From contig JAWLHB010000007.1 in NCBI GenBank assembly GCA_041690595.1, positions 62,001-126,000 on the forward strand: 64,000 nt of DNA, in the 5' to 3' direction. Both the position numbers and the translations under genes were made by a program. Each line of letters starts with the position of its first letter. Position 1 is the stretch's first letter. Under the pieces are notes generated by a model, which had not been told where the DNA came from, ran no database searches, and worked only from the letters and a program-made list of their open reading frames with translations. Shown piece after piece: positions 1 through 9,736 of this stretch. Origin of the DNA: Lentisphaeria bacterium. GTDB taxonomy: Bacteria > Verrucomicrobiota > Lentisphaeria > JABSQK01 > JAWLHB01.

Positions 1-226
1 TTCTTGTCTGGCCTGAATCATTCAGGCTGGGCGGCGCACGTTGTCGACTTGCCGCTTAGCCATACAGTATAGTCGGTCTTCCGATCCAGGAGAATGGCAT
101 TAAGGACTTAAGGCATGTCATAAACGACCACTGGCGATTCGACGCGCTGGGACAGCAATCCCCTTGAACTGGCTGAATCAACCGTGATATTGTCAAAAGC
201 AACCAAGCCTCTCCACGAGAATCCCA

Positions 227-1051
227 ATGACCCGCCATCTGTCCGATTTCGCCAGCTTTCCACGTGAGCATGTGGTTCGTCGCAATATCGCGATAGGCAC
301 CGCCTTTGCTGAGCGAAAGAAACAGGCGACGAACATCATCTACGGGGCTGACATCTGTTTCAGCTACCAGCTCCGAGGAGAGGGAGTTTATCGCAACGAG
401 AATTCGGGCGTTACCTTTTCCTTCTGCCCCGGCACCTTGCGCATCTTGCCGCCGAACGCACCGTATGCCAGAATCAGTTTCCCCGGTATCCATGTCGACC
501 ATTTTCTGACGCTTCCCAGAGGCTACTACGAGCGGCTTGAGGAAATGGATCTGGTGAGCCCCAGCCACCCCGTCATCGATCTGGGGATCAGGAGGGATCT
601 GATCGAACGGCATGAGCAGCTTACCAGGCGTGTCCGCGAGGTCTCCGATTTGGGCCTGCCGCGAGCCGTCAGTGAAGCTTTCACCCACGCTGTCGACCTG
701 CTGTTGCCACGTCCGACCGCCAACCAGAGATGGCGCGCGACGATAGCGAGGGCTGCCGCCGTACTGGGGGGCGACTTCCAGGACGCCATCCTGATCCCTG
801 AACTCGCGGCCCAGCTGAACATGAGCTGCACCAACTTCCGTCGTATCTTCACCTCTTACTACGGCGTCTCGCCAAACACCTATCGCATCCACAAGAAGCT
901 CGAGGCGATCAAGAGCGTCCTGCTGACCGATGACCTCCTGATCAAGGAAGTGGCCGACCGCTTCGGATATGTGGATGCCTACACCTTCTCGCGGCAGTTC
1001 AAAACGTACACTGGCGTCTCCCCAACCGTTTTCCGCAACCGAGTCCTGTAG
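227..1051 (+). CDS. AraC/XylS family transcriptional regulator
   Basis: C-terminal double HTH: IPELAAQLNMS..NFRRIF..YGVSP, then IKEVADRFGY.DAYTFSRQFKTYTGVSPTVFR. Confidence 0.93.
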   Translation: MTRHLSDFASFPREHVVRRNIAIGTAFAERKKQATNIIYGADICFSYQLRGEGVYRNENSGVTFSFCPGTLRILPPNAPYARISFPGIHVDHFLTLPRGYYERLEEMDLVSPSHPVIDLGIRRDLIERHEQLTRRVREVSDLGLPRAVSEAFTHAVDLLLPRPTANQRWRATIARAAAVLGGDFQDAILIPELAAQLNMSCTNFRRIFTSYYGVSPNTYRIHKKLEAIKSVLLTDDLLIKEVADRFGYVDAYTFSRQFKTYTGVSPTVFRNRVL

Positions 1052-1271
1052 GTAGGGAGGATCTCGGCGAAGTGATTACTGCTGATACTGGTGATGCATC
1101 GCCAGGTTATGAGTAAGCTTGGTCGTTTCTGACATGGCTTGAGTTGGCAATGCCATTCTACTCCGGAAAACTTCGGTTATCTTGCTTAGCTATGGAGGGC
1201 GGTCCACTGAGCTATCCACCACACTACATACAGCCATCGCCCCTCATACCGACCAAGCGGAGACTCCCCCT

Positions 1272-2252
1272 GTGCGTGCCATACTGATCAATGACGACAA
1301 TTCCCTTTCCTGGAGCAAGGTCTCCGACCCCGTCCGTAAAGACGGGGAGATCATCATCCAGGTACATGCCGCCGCCCTCAACCGCGCCGACCTCCTGCAA
1401 CGCGCTGGCAGCTACCCACCGCCTCCCGGATGGCCCGACTGGATGGGCCTCGAAGCCGCTGGCGTCGTCATCGACGCACCTTCTGCCTGCCGCTGGAAGG
1501 TCGGCGACAAGGTCTGCGCCCTCCTTGGCGGTGGCGGCTATGCCGAGCAGGTTGCTGTCCCGGCCGACATGGCGATATCCATCCCCGACGGCCTCTCCAT
1601 GGTCGAAGCCGCCGCGATCCCGGAAGCGTTCGCCACCTCGTACTTGAACCTCTGCATCGAAGGCCAGATGAAAGCCGGCGACACGGTCTTCATCCAGGCC
1701 GGCGCCAGCGGACTCGGTATGGCCGCGATCCAGCTGGCCAAAGCGATGGGCGCAAAAGTCGTCACGACTGTTGGTACAGAAGCAAAGGAACAGTTCGTCC
1801 GCGAACTCGGAGCTGATGTCGTCATCAACCGCAATAATGAGGACATCGCGGCCGTACTGGCCCAGCATCCAGTCGATGTCGCCATGGATTGCGTCGCGGG
1901 CAAGAACCTTGGCCCCTGCCTGAAGACCATGGCGCATGGCGGCCGCTGGATCGTCATTGCCACCCTTGGCGGCACCGCCACTGAACTCGACATGCTCGAC
2001 TTTTTCAAGCGCGGCGTCAAGCTCATCGGCAGCACGCTCCGCAGCCGCGGCAGCGAGATGAAAGGCCAGATCCTGGCCAGTCTGGAACAGCAACTCTGGA
2101 ACTCTTTCACCTCTGGCGCGATCAAGGTGAAGATTCACCAGACGCTGCCCATCACGATGGCTGAGGAAGCACACGCTATTCTGACGCGTCAGGAAAACAT
2201 CGGCAAGGTCGTGTTGACCCTGAACAAAAGCGAGATCAAGGTAAGATCATGA
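1272..2252 (+). CDS. NAD(P)H-quinone oxidoreductase, PIG3/zeta-crystallin (MDR) family
   Basis: ALNRADLLQRAGSYPPPPG, GLEAAG, GGGYAE, AGASGLG, IGSTLRSR and NIGKVVL motifs; start moved to GTG 1272, with GGAG at 1259-1262. Confidence 0.92.
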   Translation: MRAILINDDNSLSWSKVSDPVRKDGEIIIQVHAAALNRADLLQRAGSYPPPPGWPDWMGLEAAGVVIDAPSACRWKVGDKVCALLGGGGYAEQVAVPADMAISIPDGLSMVEAAAIPEAFATSYLNLCIEGQMKAGDTVFIQAGASGLGMAAIQLAKAMGAKVVTTVGTEAKEQFVRELGADVVINRNNEDIAAVLAQHPVDVAMDCVAGKNLGPCLKTMAHGGRWIVIATLGGTATELDMLDFFKRGVKLIGSTLRSRGSEMKGQILASLEQQLWNSFTSGAIKVKIHQTLPITMAEEAHAILTRQENIGKVVLTLNKSEIKVRS

Positions 2253-2992
2253 GATTTTCCGGACACGTAGCCATGATCACGGGTGCCGCCTCTGGCATCG
2301 GCCTGCTCTCAGCACAGTCTCTCGCTGGCGAAGGGGCGCAAGTTGTCCTCTGTGATGTCAATCCAGATGCGGTTGAGGCAGCCGCTGCCGATATTCGTTC
2401 CGCCGGCTGTGATGCGATTGGTCTCATGGTCGACATACGCGACTATGAACAGGTGAAAAGCGCGGTGGCCCACACGTTGGCTGAATACGGGCGCGTCGAC
2501 TTGCTGCTCAACTGTGCGGGCGGGGCCTCGACGCGCGTTTTCGGCCGCAAGGAGCCCTTTCATCAGTTGCCAATCGAGGTGATCGACTGGGGACTCGACG
2601 TAAACCTGAGGGGCGCGATCTATTGTTGCCATGCGGTACTGGGCGCGATGATCGAGCAGAAGCGCGGGGTGATGATCGCGCTCAGCTCTGTCACCGGTAT
2701 AGAAGGCTCGGCTGGTGCTGTGGATTATAGCGCGGCCAAGGCTGGCCTGATCGGGCTGACCAAGGCATTGGCGCTGGCCGGCGCTCCGCATGGGGTGCGG
2801 GCGTGCTGCGTATCGCCCGGCCCGGTGCTGACCCGACCTGGCATGGCCAACATGAAGACGCGACTGGGGCGGGCCGCGGAGCCTCGGGAAGTGGTCGACC
2901 TGATCCTCTATCTCTGCTCGGAGCAGGCAGCGTTCATCACGGGTTCCAACCACGTGATCGACGGCGGTCGCGGCTGTGGAGGTATGGATTGA
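2249..2992 (+). CDS. Short-chain dehydrogenase/reductase (SDR)
   Basis: TGAASGIG Rossmann motif, NCAG, catalytic YSAAK, C-terminal ITG..VIDGG; ATGA overlap with the upstream gene. Confidence 0.93.
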   Translation: MRFSGHVAMITGAASGIGLLSAQSLAGEGAQVVLCDVNPDAVEAAAADIRSAGCDAIGLMVDIRDYEQVKSAVAHTLAEYGRVDLLLNCAGGASTRVFGRKEPFHQLPIEVIDWGLDVNLRGAIYCCHAVLGAMIEQKRGVMIALSSVTGIEGSAGAVDYSAAKAGLIGLTKALALAGAPHGVRACCVSPGPVLTRPGMANMKTRLGRAAEPREVVDLILYLCSEQAAFITGSNHVIDGGRGCGGMD

Positions 2993-4182
2993 TGGCTACC
3001 GAAGGGGTGACTAGCGCGAGGACGTGGAGGGTCGCGATTATGAAGGATCGCGGGCAGCCGATGATGGGGCTGCACGCGCTCCATACTGCTTTCCGGGGCT
3101 TGCCGAATGTGGAGGTCGTGGCGGTGGTGGATTCCAAGGCCGCCACCGCCGAAGACACCATGCGGCAGACGCAGGCAAAGCGTCTCTATTCCGAATACCT
3201 GGAGATGCTGGACGCAGAGTGCCCCGACATCGTGGTGATCTGTTCGCGGCATCCCGGTGATCATCTGCCCCAAATCGAGGCGGCGGCCACGCGTGGGATA
3301 CACCTTTACTGCGAAAAGCCGATGGCGGCTGAGCTGCCTGACGCCGACCGGATTGTGGCGTTGGCGGAAGCGCATGGCATCACGATCTGTATGGCGCATC
3401 CCGCGCGCTACTCGCACTCTTACCGCACCATGAAAGCGATGATCGAGGCGGGAGAAATCGGCACGCCGCTGTGCATCCATGGGCGCGGCAAGAGCGATCA
3501 TCGTGGCGGCGGCGAAGATCTGATGGTGCTCGGCACGCATATTCTTGACCTGCAGACCTACTTCTTTGGCGAGCCAATCAGCGTCATGGCAGAGGTGACG
3601 GCCAACGGCCAGCCCATCGAGGCTGACGACCGGAGCAAGACCATGGAACCCATAGGGCCGACGGCTGGCGACGAGATCTTTGCGAGTTTCCGCTTTCCCG
3701 GCGGTGTGCGTGGCGTCTTTGAGAGTCGTCGCGGCTGGGCGGCTGAGACGGCAGGCGCAATCCACATGGGGATCACGGTGACGGGCACCAAAGGCGCCCT
3801 GTCGATGCGCTTCTGCGATGCCGGCACCCCCGTCTGCAGGCTGCGGATCAGTCGCCAACTCGGCCCGATCGAGGCAGGCTCTTCCTTTGAAGACGTTCCG
3901 TTGACATGCACGTCTACCATACCCGGAGCCGATCCTCTGGACTACAGCCTCTGCGGCCAGCGCGACATCCCTGGCGCGACGTGGTTTCTGGAGGCCAACC
4001 GCCTCGCCGCCTGGGATCTGCTGGGCGCGATCGAGCACGGCCGTCTGCCCATCTCCAACATCTACAACGCGCGCCTGGCGCTGGAGATGATCCACGGCAT
4101 CTACGCATCCAGCCTCGAAAGACGAACCATCGACTTCCCGTTGACGAACAGGGCGCATCCGCTAGCGAAATGTATTTTATAG
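2992..4182 (+). CDS. Gfo/Idh/MocA family oxidoreductase
   Basis: HLYCEKPMA motif and LGTHILDL; start at ATG 2992, overlapping the SDR stop (TGATG). Confidence 0.88.
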   Translation: MATEGVTSARTWRVAIMKDRGQPMMGLHALHTAFRGLPNVEVVAVVDSKAATAEDTMRQTQAKRLYSEYLEMLDAECPDIVVICSRHPGDHLPQIEAAATRGIHLYCEKPMAAELPDADRIVALAEAHGITICMAHPARYSHSYRTMKAMIEAGEIGTPLCIHGRGKSDHRGGGEDLMVLGTHILDLQTYFFGEPISVMAEVTANGQPIEADDRSKTMEPIGPTAGDEIFASFRFPGGVRGVFESRRGWAAETAGAIHMGITVTGTKGALSMRFCDAGTPVCRLRISRQLGPIEAGSSFEDVPLTCTSTIPGADPLDYSLCGQRDIPGATWFLEANRLAAWDLLGAIEHGRLPISNIYNARLALEMIHGIYASSLERRTIDFPLTNRAHPLAKCIL

Positions 4183-4509
4183 GTTTCGCCCAGCAGTGTG
4201 AAGTGAGAGAACTCGACTGTTAACTTCTTGGGGGGCAAGGTCGATTTCCCCTCTTTGTGCCAAATAAACAGAGCTGGTCCGCTGTACTGGGTAGCTGCCC
4301 AAATCTCTGCCGTTTCGACTGTCTTGGGGGACTCCCTGCTATCAGCGAGTTCAGGCTTAGGAGAAAATTCAATGGATTCAATGTCCTCAATCTTGAAGAC
4401 ATGTTTCTTGTCACTTTTCAGTTATATTATTAAATCCTCAGCTACTTATGGATGCAGGAAAATGCCGAAAGAAATAAAAAAAAATCACTGTCTTGGGTGC
4501 TACTTTCAT
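4183..4509 (-). pseudogene. Probable decayed, AT-rich gene for a secreted protein
   Basis: From ATG 4509 it reads MKVAPKTVIFF, then a frameshift in a T9 run, then ISFGIFLHP*VAEDLII*LKSDKKHVFKIEDIESIEFSPKPE...; two TAA stops in an otherwise protein-like frame; 3' limit uncertain. Confidence 0.45.
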
Positions 4510-4570
4510 GTTACATCCCTATCCATGTAATTGAAGCGTTTATCTTAAGGTTGCCGCACTGGGTCTACGC

Positions 4571-4778
<208 letters not shown>

Positions 4779-4816
4779 GTAGGCAAATTGGATCGAGCGC
4801 GGTTTGTCGAAGGGTA

Positions 4817-4844
4817 AGAATAATGCGCGAGTGCCGAGAGTCAA
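4817..4844 (-). promoter_or_regulatory. Putative sigma70 promoter of tRNA-Ser
   Basis: TTGACT-N16-TATTCT on the minus strand, about 40 nt upstream of the tRNA. Confidence 0.5.
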
Positions 4845-4924
4845 GTTGAGTCACTTACAAAGCAGGGCGAGATCATGTTGATCGTGTATAGTAGACGTAG
4901 CGCTTTCATCGGAGGCCTGGAATC

Positions 4925-7489
4925 ATGCATACGCAATCTCTGAATGGACAGTGGGAGCTTTGCCGCGGTGGGTTGGAACTGGCGGGCAGCGAGGGGCTGG
5001 ACTGGGTGCGGGGGCGTACTCAAGGCTGGATGGTCGCCACCGTCCCGGGGGAGATTCACCTCGACCTGATGGAGGCGGGCGAGATGCGCGAGCCTCTGGT
5101 CGCCGATCGCGCTCCCGCCAGCCGCTGGCCGGAGGAGCATGCGTGGTGGTATCGGTGCATCTTCACCGTCGACGATGCCATCCGCCGACACGAGCGGCAG
5201 ACCCTGGTCTGCGACGGCATCGATCTCTATGGCCAACTTTTTCTCAACGGCCACTTCCTGGGCGAGAGTCGCAACGCGCATCTGCCCGCGCACTTCGATG
5301 TGCGGACCGCTCTGCGGGGCGGCGAAAACGAGCTGATCGTGCGCGTAACCTGCGGCACGGAGCTGGTGCCCGCCGAGGTGCCCCGGCAGAAACGCTTCGC
5401 GCCGCCCGATGCCACCAGTCACCGGAGCTGGCGGGAGGGGATCCGCCATCTGCGCAAGGCGCAGTTCAGCTACGGGTGGGACTGGGTCGATGCGCTGCCC
5501 AACATCGGCATCTGGCGCGGCGTTCGCCTGGAAGCCCGCTCCGGAATCCTTCTGCATGATCCGCGGATCCGCACCCGCATCGTGGGTGAAAGGGCGAGCC
5601 TCGACGTCGAGGTCGAGATGGACAATCCGCATCCGGTCAGCGAGCGCGAGCGGGAGATCGCCGTGACGGTGACGTCGCCCGAAGGGGAGCAGCTCTGGAA
5701 GCGGCTGCCGGTGATCGCGCCATCCGGTCTCTCCGTGGCGACCGTCACCATCGAGATTCCCCATGCCCGCCTCTGGTGGCCCAACGGCATGGGCGCCCAA
5801 CCGCTGTATGAGGTCCGGGTCGAGCTTCTGGATGGGGAAACGGTGAACGACCGGTGCGCCCGGCGCATTGGTTTGCGGACGGTGACGCTGGATCGGTCGC
5901 CGCTGCCTGAGGGGAGCCGTTTCTGCCTGAAGGTGAACGGCGAGGATGTTTTCTGCAAGGGGGGCAACTGGATTCCCGCCGATGCGTTGATGGCGCGCGT
6001 CGACCGGGGGCATGTCGAGCGGCTGGTGGAAGCGGCCAGGGCCGCGAATTTCACCATGCTTCGGGTCTGGGGCGGTGGCATCTTCGAGTCGGAGCCCTTC
6101 TACGAGGCATGCGATCGGGCGGGCATCCTCGTCTGGCAGGATTTCCTCTTCGCCTGCAACGTCTATCCGGATAGGGAGCCGAGCTTCCTGGAGGGCCTGC
6201 GCGCGGAGGCGGAGGCGGCAATCCGCCGCTTGCGGCATCACCCGAGCCTGGCCCTCTGGTGCGGCAACAACGAAAACCACTGGGGTTTCACCTGGACGGT
6301 CGGCAAGGCCGATGCATTTGACAACCATGGCATGGCGCTTGGCGGGATCCGGAGCTACAACTACCTGCTGCCGGAGCTTTGCCGCCACCTCGATCCGGAT
6401 CGTCCGTACTGGCCCAGCTCCCCCTATGGCGGCGAGGAGCCCAACAGCGAGTTGAGTGGCGATTGCCACTGGTGGATGCCCTTCACCATGAACAAGGAGA
6501 TGGAGCGGCGCATTCACCATGAAGTCTTCGACGAGTGTCGCTCGCGCTTCGTCTCCGAGTATGGGGTGATCGGCCCGTGCCACCTCAACTCCGTGCGCGC
6601 CTATCTGGAGAGCGACAAGCCGGACCGGCAGAGCCTCGCGTGGCAGATGCACACGAACACCTTCGAGAAGGAAACGGTTCCCGCCGGAATCCGCTGCCAT
6701 TATGCCGATCCCGAGAAGCTGGACCTGGCGGATTACCTTCTCTATGGCCAGATGCTGCAGGCGATGCTCTACGGTCAGACGCTCGAGGCGCTACGCTTCC
6801 GCAAGCACGATCCCATCGATGACTGCCAGGGGGCCCTGATCTGGATGTACAACGATTGCTGGGGCGAGACGGGCTGGACGCCGATCGACTACTACCATCG
6901 CCGCAAAGCGAGCTACTACTGGATCAAGCGCGCCTTCCTCCCGATTCACTGCATCGTGCGCCGACGGGGCCATGAACTGGTGACCCGGATCGTCAACGAC
7001 ACCCGTCGGGATGCGGATGGCCAGATGCAGGTCGGCTGGTGGCGGCTCGATGGTCGCGATCGCTGGCTGGAGCGCCACACGGTCCACATCCCGGCCAATG
7101 GCATGATCGAGGTCACGCGAGCCGCGATCCCGGCCGCCGATGCCGTCGATCCCCGGCAGTGGATCTATGGCGCCATCCTTGAAGGGGACGAGCTGCCGGT
7201 CAGCCAGTCGATCTGGAAGCTGCGCCCACACCGCGAGCTGCAGCTGAGCGAGCCCGACGTGACCGTTTCCCGCGCGGGTGATCGCATCACGCTCTCCAGC
7301 CACGTATATTGTCACGGGTTGCATGCCGAGGATGGCGGACGCGGCCTGCTCAGCGATAACTACATCGACCTTCTGCCCGGCCATCCGGTGATCGTGCAGG
7401 TGCTTCACGAGGGCAAGCTCGGTCCGTTCCGTGCGATTGCCCCAGCCGCTCACAATGGCCAACCCACCTCAGAGGAGCCTCATGCCTGA
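4925..7489 (+). CDS. Glycoside hydrolase family 2, beta-mannosidase-like
   Basis: LRKAQFSYGWDW, KGGNWIPAD, MLRVWGGG, VWQDF, HHPSLALWCGNNE (acid/base), FVSEYG (nucleophile), WMYNDCW. Confidence 0.93.
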   Translation: MHTQSLNGQWELCRGGLELAGSEGLDWVRGRTQGWMVATVPGEIHLDLMEAGEMREPLVADRAPASRWPEEHAWWYRCIFTVDDAIRRHERQTLVCDGIDLYGQLFLNGHFLGESRNAHLPAHFDVRTALRGGENELIVRVTCGTELVPAEVPRQKRFAPPDATSHRSWREGIRHLRKAQFSYGWDWVDALPNIGIWRGVRLEARSGILLHDPRIRTRIVGERASLDVEVEMDNPHPVSEREREIAVTVTSPEGEQLWKRLPVIAPSGLSVATVTIEIPHARLWWPNGMGAQPLYEVRVELLDGETVNDRCARRIGLRTVTLDRSPLPEGSRFCLKVNGEDVFCKGGNWIPADALMARVDRGHVERLVEAARAANFTMLRVWGGGIFESEPFYEACDRAGILVWQDFLFACNVYPDREPSFLEGLRAEAEAAIRRLRHHPSLALWCGNNENHWGFTWTVGKADAFDNHGMALGGIRSYNYLLPELCRHLDPDRPYWPSSPYGGEEPNSELSGDCHWWMPFTMNKEMERRIHHEVFDECRSRFVSEYGVIGPCHLNSVRAYLESDKPDRQSLAWQMHTNTFEKETVPAGIRCHYADPEKLDLADYLLYGQMLQAMLYGQTLEALRFRKHDPIDDCQGALIWMYNDCWGETGWTPIDYYHRRKASYYWIKRAFLPIHCIVRRRGHELVTRIVNDTRRDADGQMQVGWWRLDGRDRWLERHTVHIPANGMIEVTRAAIPAADAVDPRQWIYGAILEGDELPVSQSIWKLRPHRELQLSEPDVTVSRAGDRITLSSHVYCHGLHAEDGGRGLLSDNYIDLLPGHPVIVQVLHEGKLGPFRAIAPAAHNGQPTSEEPHA

Positions 7490-8111
7490 CACCGATGCGT
7501 TCAACTTCGACAGCGTTCTCGCTACCTGCTTCACCCCGGATCAGATTGCCAGGCTCGGCGAGCTTCGCGTTGGCGTGGCCGGCTGCGGCGGTCTTGGCAG
7601 CAACTGTGCCATCGCCATGGTGCGCAGCGGCTTTCGCCGCCTCACCCTCGTCGACTTCGATATCGTCGAGATCGGCAATCTCAACCGCCAGCAATACACG
7701 GCCGCCCATCTGGGGAGACCCAAGGCGCTCTGCCTCGCGGAGGTGCTGCGGGCCATCAATCCAGGGCTGGAGGTGGAGAGCGTCATCGAGAAGCTGGATA
7801 CTGCCGGCGCCCGCGCCTGCTTTGCGGGTCATGACATCGTGATCGAGGCTTTCGACAAGGCTGAAGCCAAGGCCATGCTCGGCGGAGTCTTCATCGGCGG
7901 CGAGACCTTCTACGTGACGGCCAGCGGTCTCTGCGGCATCGGCAAGAGCGACGACATCCGGATCCGCCGTTTGGCGTCCCGGAGCTGGCTGGTTGGCGAT
8001 GGCGAAAGCGCGGTGGGACCGGATTGCCTGCCGTACGCACCCCGGGTCCAGATCGCGGCGGCCAAACAGGCCGATCTCGCGCTGGCCTGGGCGCTTGGTC
8101 GCCTTACCTGA
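7482..8111 (+). CDS. thiF: Sulfur carrier protein adenylyltransferase, ThiF/E1-like
   Basis: VAGCGGLGSN, LVDFDIVEIGNLNRQ, EAFD, PRV.IAAAKQA; start ATG 7482 after GAGGAG. Confidence 0.82.
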   Translation: MPDTDAFNFDSVLATCFTPDQIARLGELRVGVAGCGGLGSNCAIAMVRSGFRRLTLVDFDIVEIGNLNRQQYTAAHLGRPKALCLAEVLRAINPGLEVESVIEKLDTAGARACFAGHDIVIEAFDKAEAKAMLGGVFIGGETFYVTASGLCGIGKSDDIRIRRLASRSWLVGDGESAVGPDCLPYAPRVQIAAAKQADLALAWALGRLT

Positions 8112-8271
8112 GGAGGGCGTGATACGCCGTCACGAAGGGATTCTCGCCACTCGGGGACTGGATGGCGGCATTGGTCAGGCCGACTATCCAGGCAATGACA
8201 AGAACAACGCACAGGATCAACAATTGACGTTGCGCGCGGTGCGAAAGTAGTTGTGGGGCGGCAATTTTCAT
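8104..8271 (-). CDS. Small hypothetical membrane protein (55 aa)
   Basis: Starts MKIAAPQ, one hydrophobic segment LLILCVVLVIAWIVGL, GGAGAG upstream, co-oriented with the PRC-barrel gene. Confidence 0.4.
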   Translation of the reverse strand: MKIAAPQLLSHRAQRQLLILCVVLVIAWIVGLTNAAIQSPSGENPFVTAYHALLR

Positions 8272-8335
8272 GAGGAGACTCTCCCTGCGCCGGCATTTCG
8301 CGGAAAGCATGCTTTACAGTTGTATGGCTTCTTGT

Positions 8336-9118
8336 TCATCCCGCTGGGTCAACCCTGTCCATGAAATAGTCCTGCAACTGCCGCTGATACTCGCTGGAGG
8401 GCAAGCCGCCTTCGTATTCCGGTGCATGTTCGATCTGGTGGCGCGTCAGCTTTACAGCGACCACATCGTTTTCCCACTCCAGCCCCTGCACCAGGTCGCG
8501 ATGGATCGGGATATCCTTACCAGGCAGCCACTTGCGGGTGTCCACCACGATGTAGCGCACTTCCATGTCGGTATCTTCGATGAAGAAGTCTTCCACATGC
8601 CCGATCGGGCCGTCGAGCGCCTGGATCTCGAACTCCTCCAGATCCTTCATGCTCCAGAGGTGATATTCCTCGACATCCGACCTCGACACGTCTTCCGAAT
8701 CCGATTTGGGACCGGTCTCCACCTGCCCAAGCACCGGCAGCCCGGTGTTGGGCGGAAGCTGTCCCGTGTTCACGACGGTGTCGTCGATACCGTAAGGCAC
8801 CCAATACATCGGCCATCCGAAGAAGCCCCGGTATGTCGCCTCCAGCTTGCGGCTTATCGGCCTCTTATCGGAAACCGGGGGAGCCGACTTCACCTGCTCC
8901 TTCGTCAGGCTCACATGAATCTGCCCGCTCTCCCAGTCCACGCTCTCGAAAGCGTCCGGCGCGACAAGAACATCCTTGCCGAACCACTTCCGCGTGCTGA
9001 CCACCAGGTAGCGGATCCGCCAGTCGATATCGTCGAAGTAGAAGTCTTCCACCTCGCCGATCTCGCCATCCGTTGCCTGTACGGGATGGCCTCTCATGGC
9101 TTCGATTCTGCGCAGCAT
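8336..9118 (-). CDS. Tandem PRC-barrel domain protein
   Basis: Two repeats: VQATDGEIGEVEDFYFDD..WRIRYLVVST.KW and IQALDGPIGHVEDFFIED...VRYIVVDTRKW; AAGGAG RBS before ATG 9118. Confidence 0.9.
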   Translation of the reverse strand: MLRRIEAMRGHPVQATDGEIGEVEDFYFDDIDWRIRYLVVSTRKWFGKDVLVAPDAFESVDWESGQIHVSLTKEQVKSAPPVSDKRPISRKLEATYRGFFGWPMYWVPYGIDDTVVNTGQLPPNTGLPVLGQVETGPKSDSEDVSRSDVEEYHLWSMKDLEEFEIQALDGPIGHVEDFFIEDTDMEVRYIVVDTRKWLPGKDIPIHRDLVQGLEWENDVVAVKLTRHQIEHAPEYEGGLPSSEYQRQLQDYFMDRVDPAG

Positions 9119-9345
9119 ACTGACTCCTTTCCAAATTGGGCTGTTGGTGAACCTTTGATTGGCTGTAGCAGGTTCCCTGCCAATACTCTCCGTCGCCACC
9201 AATCCATACCGATGCCAAAGCGGCCGAATTCGCCGTCTCCGTTGTTCCATCCGCCCATCCCCGCGTCGTGTCTCCGTGCTCCCCCTCCCTCGCTTGATCT
9301 CTGCGATCTTTGCGGTTGATTACTGCCGCCATCGAGTTCTCCGAC

Positions 9346-9381
9346 CATTCCTCTCATTCTTCCCGTTCTTCCCATTCCCCT
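9346..9381. repeat. 9-bp-period tandem repeat (4 units)
   Basis: cattcctct / cattcttcc / cgttcttcc / cattcccct. Confidence 0.6.
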
Positions 9382-9520
9382 TGCTGTCCCATTCCCTCGC
9401 CCCAACGCCCGTCAGATGTTGAAGCAAGTTAACTGCCTCCCCGAGATCGAAAACCTTTGACTGCGGTCAGGTACGCGGAACCTTGCATCCTGCCGGTATG
9501 GGGCGTAAGCTAAGCGTATC

Positions 9521-9736
9521 ATGCATGCATCGGAAGAGTATCAGCAGTTGATCCGCGACTATCGCCAGCAGTGTCTCTGGTTTCTTTCCCCGGGCGTTGT
9601 GCCGGAGTCCAGAGACGCGCAGTTGCACACACTCGAATGCATCGAGCGTTACGGCTCCATGGCCGCATTTGTACAAGCACGAAGGCTCAAGGAATGGCTG
9701 TTACAGAATTCCAGCGACGCATTTGTCGTCTCTTAG
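9521..9736 (+). CDS. Small hypothetical protein, possible antitoxin-like partner of a nucleotidyltransferase
   Basis: 71 aa containing LIRDYRQQCLWF and LECIERYG; its 3' end overlaps a second start at ATG 9694. Confidence 0.65.
   Translation: MHASEEYQQLIRDYRQQCLWFLSPGVVPESRDAQLHTLECIERYGSMAAFVQARRLKEWLLQNSSDAFVVS

Noticed and set aside
11..27. Palindrome GCCTGAAT-C-ATTCAGGC
   Set aside because: Single short palindrome at the window edge, 200 bp from the nearest start codon; no context to assign a function
4841..6700. Long antisense ORFs (this one, 25102-27429, 37981-40209, 48907-51021 and others)
   Set aside because: Shadow frames of well-supported genes in GC-rich DNA, with no recognisable motifs
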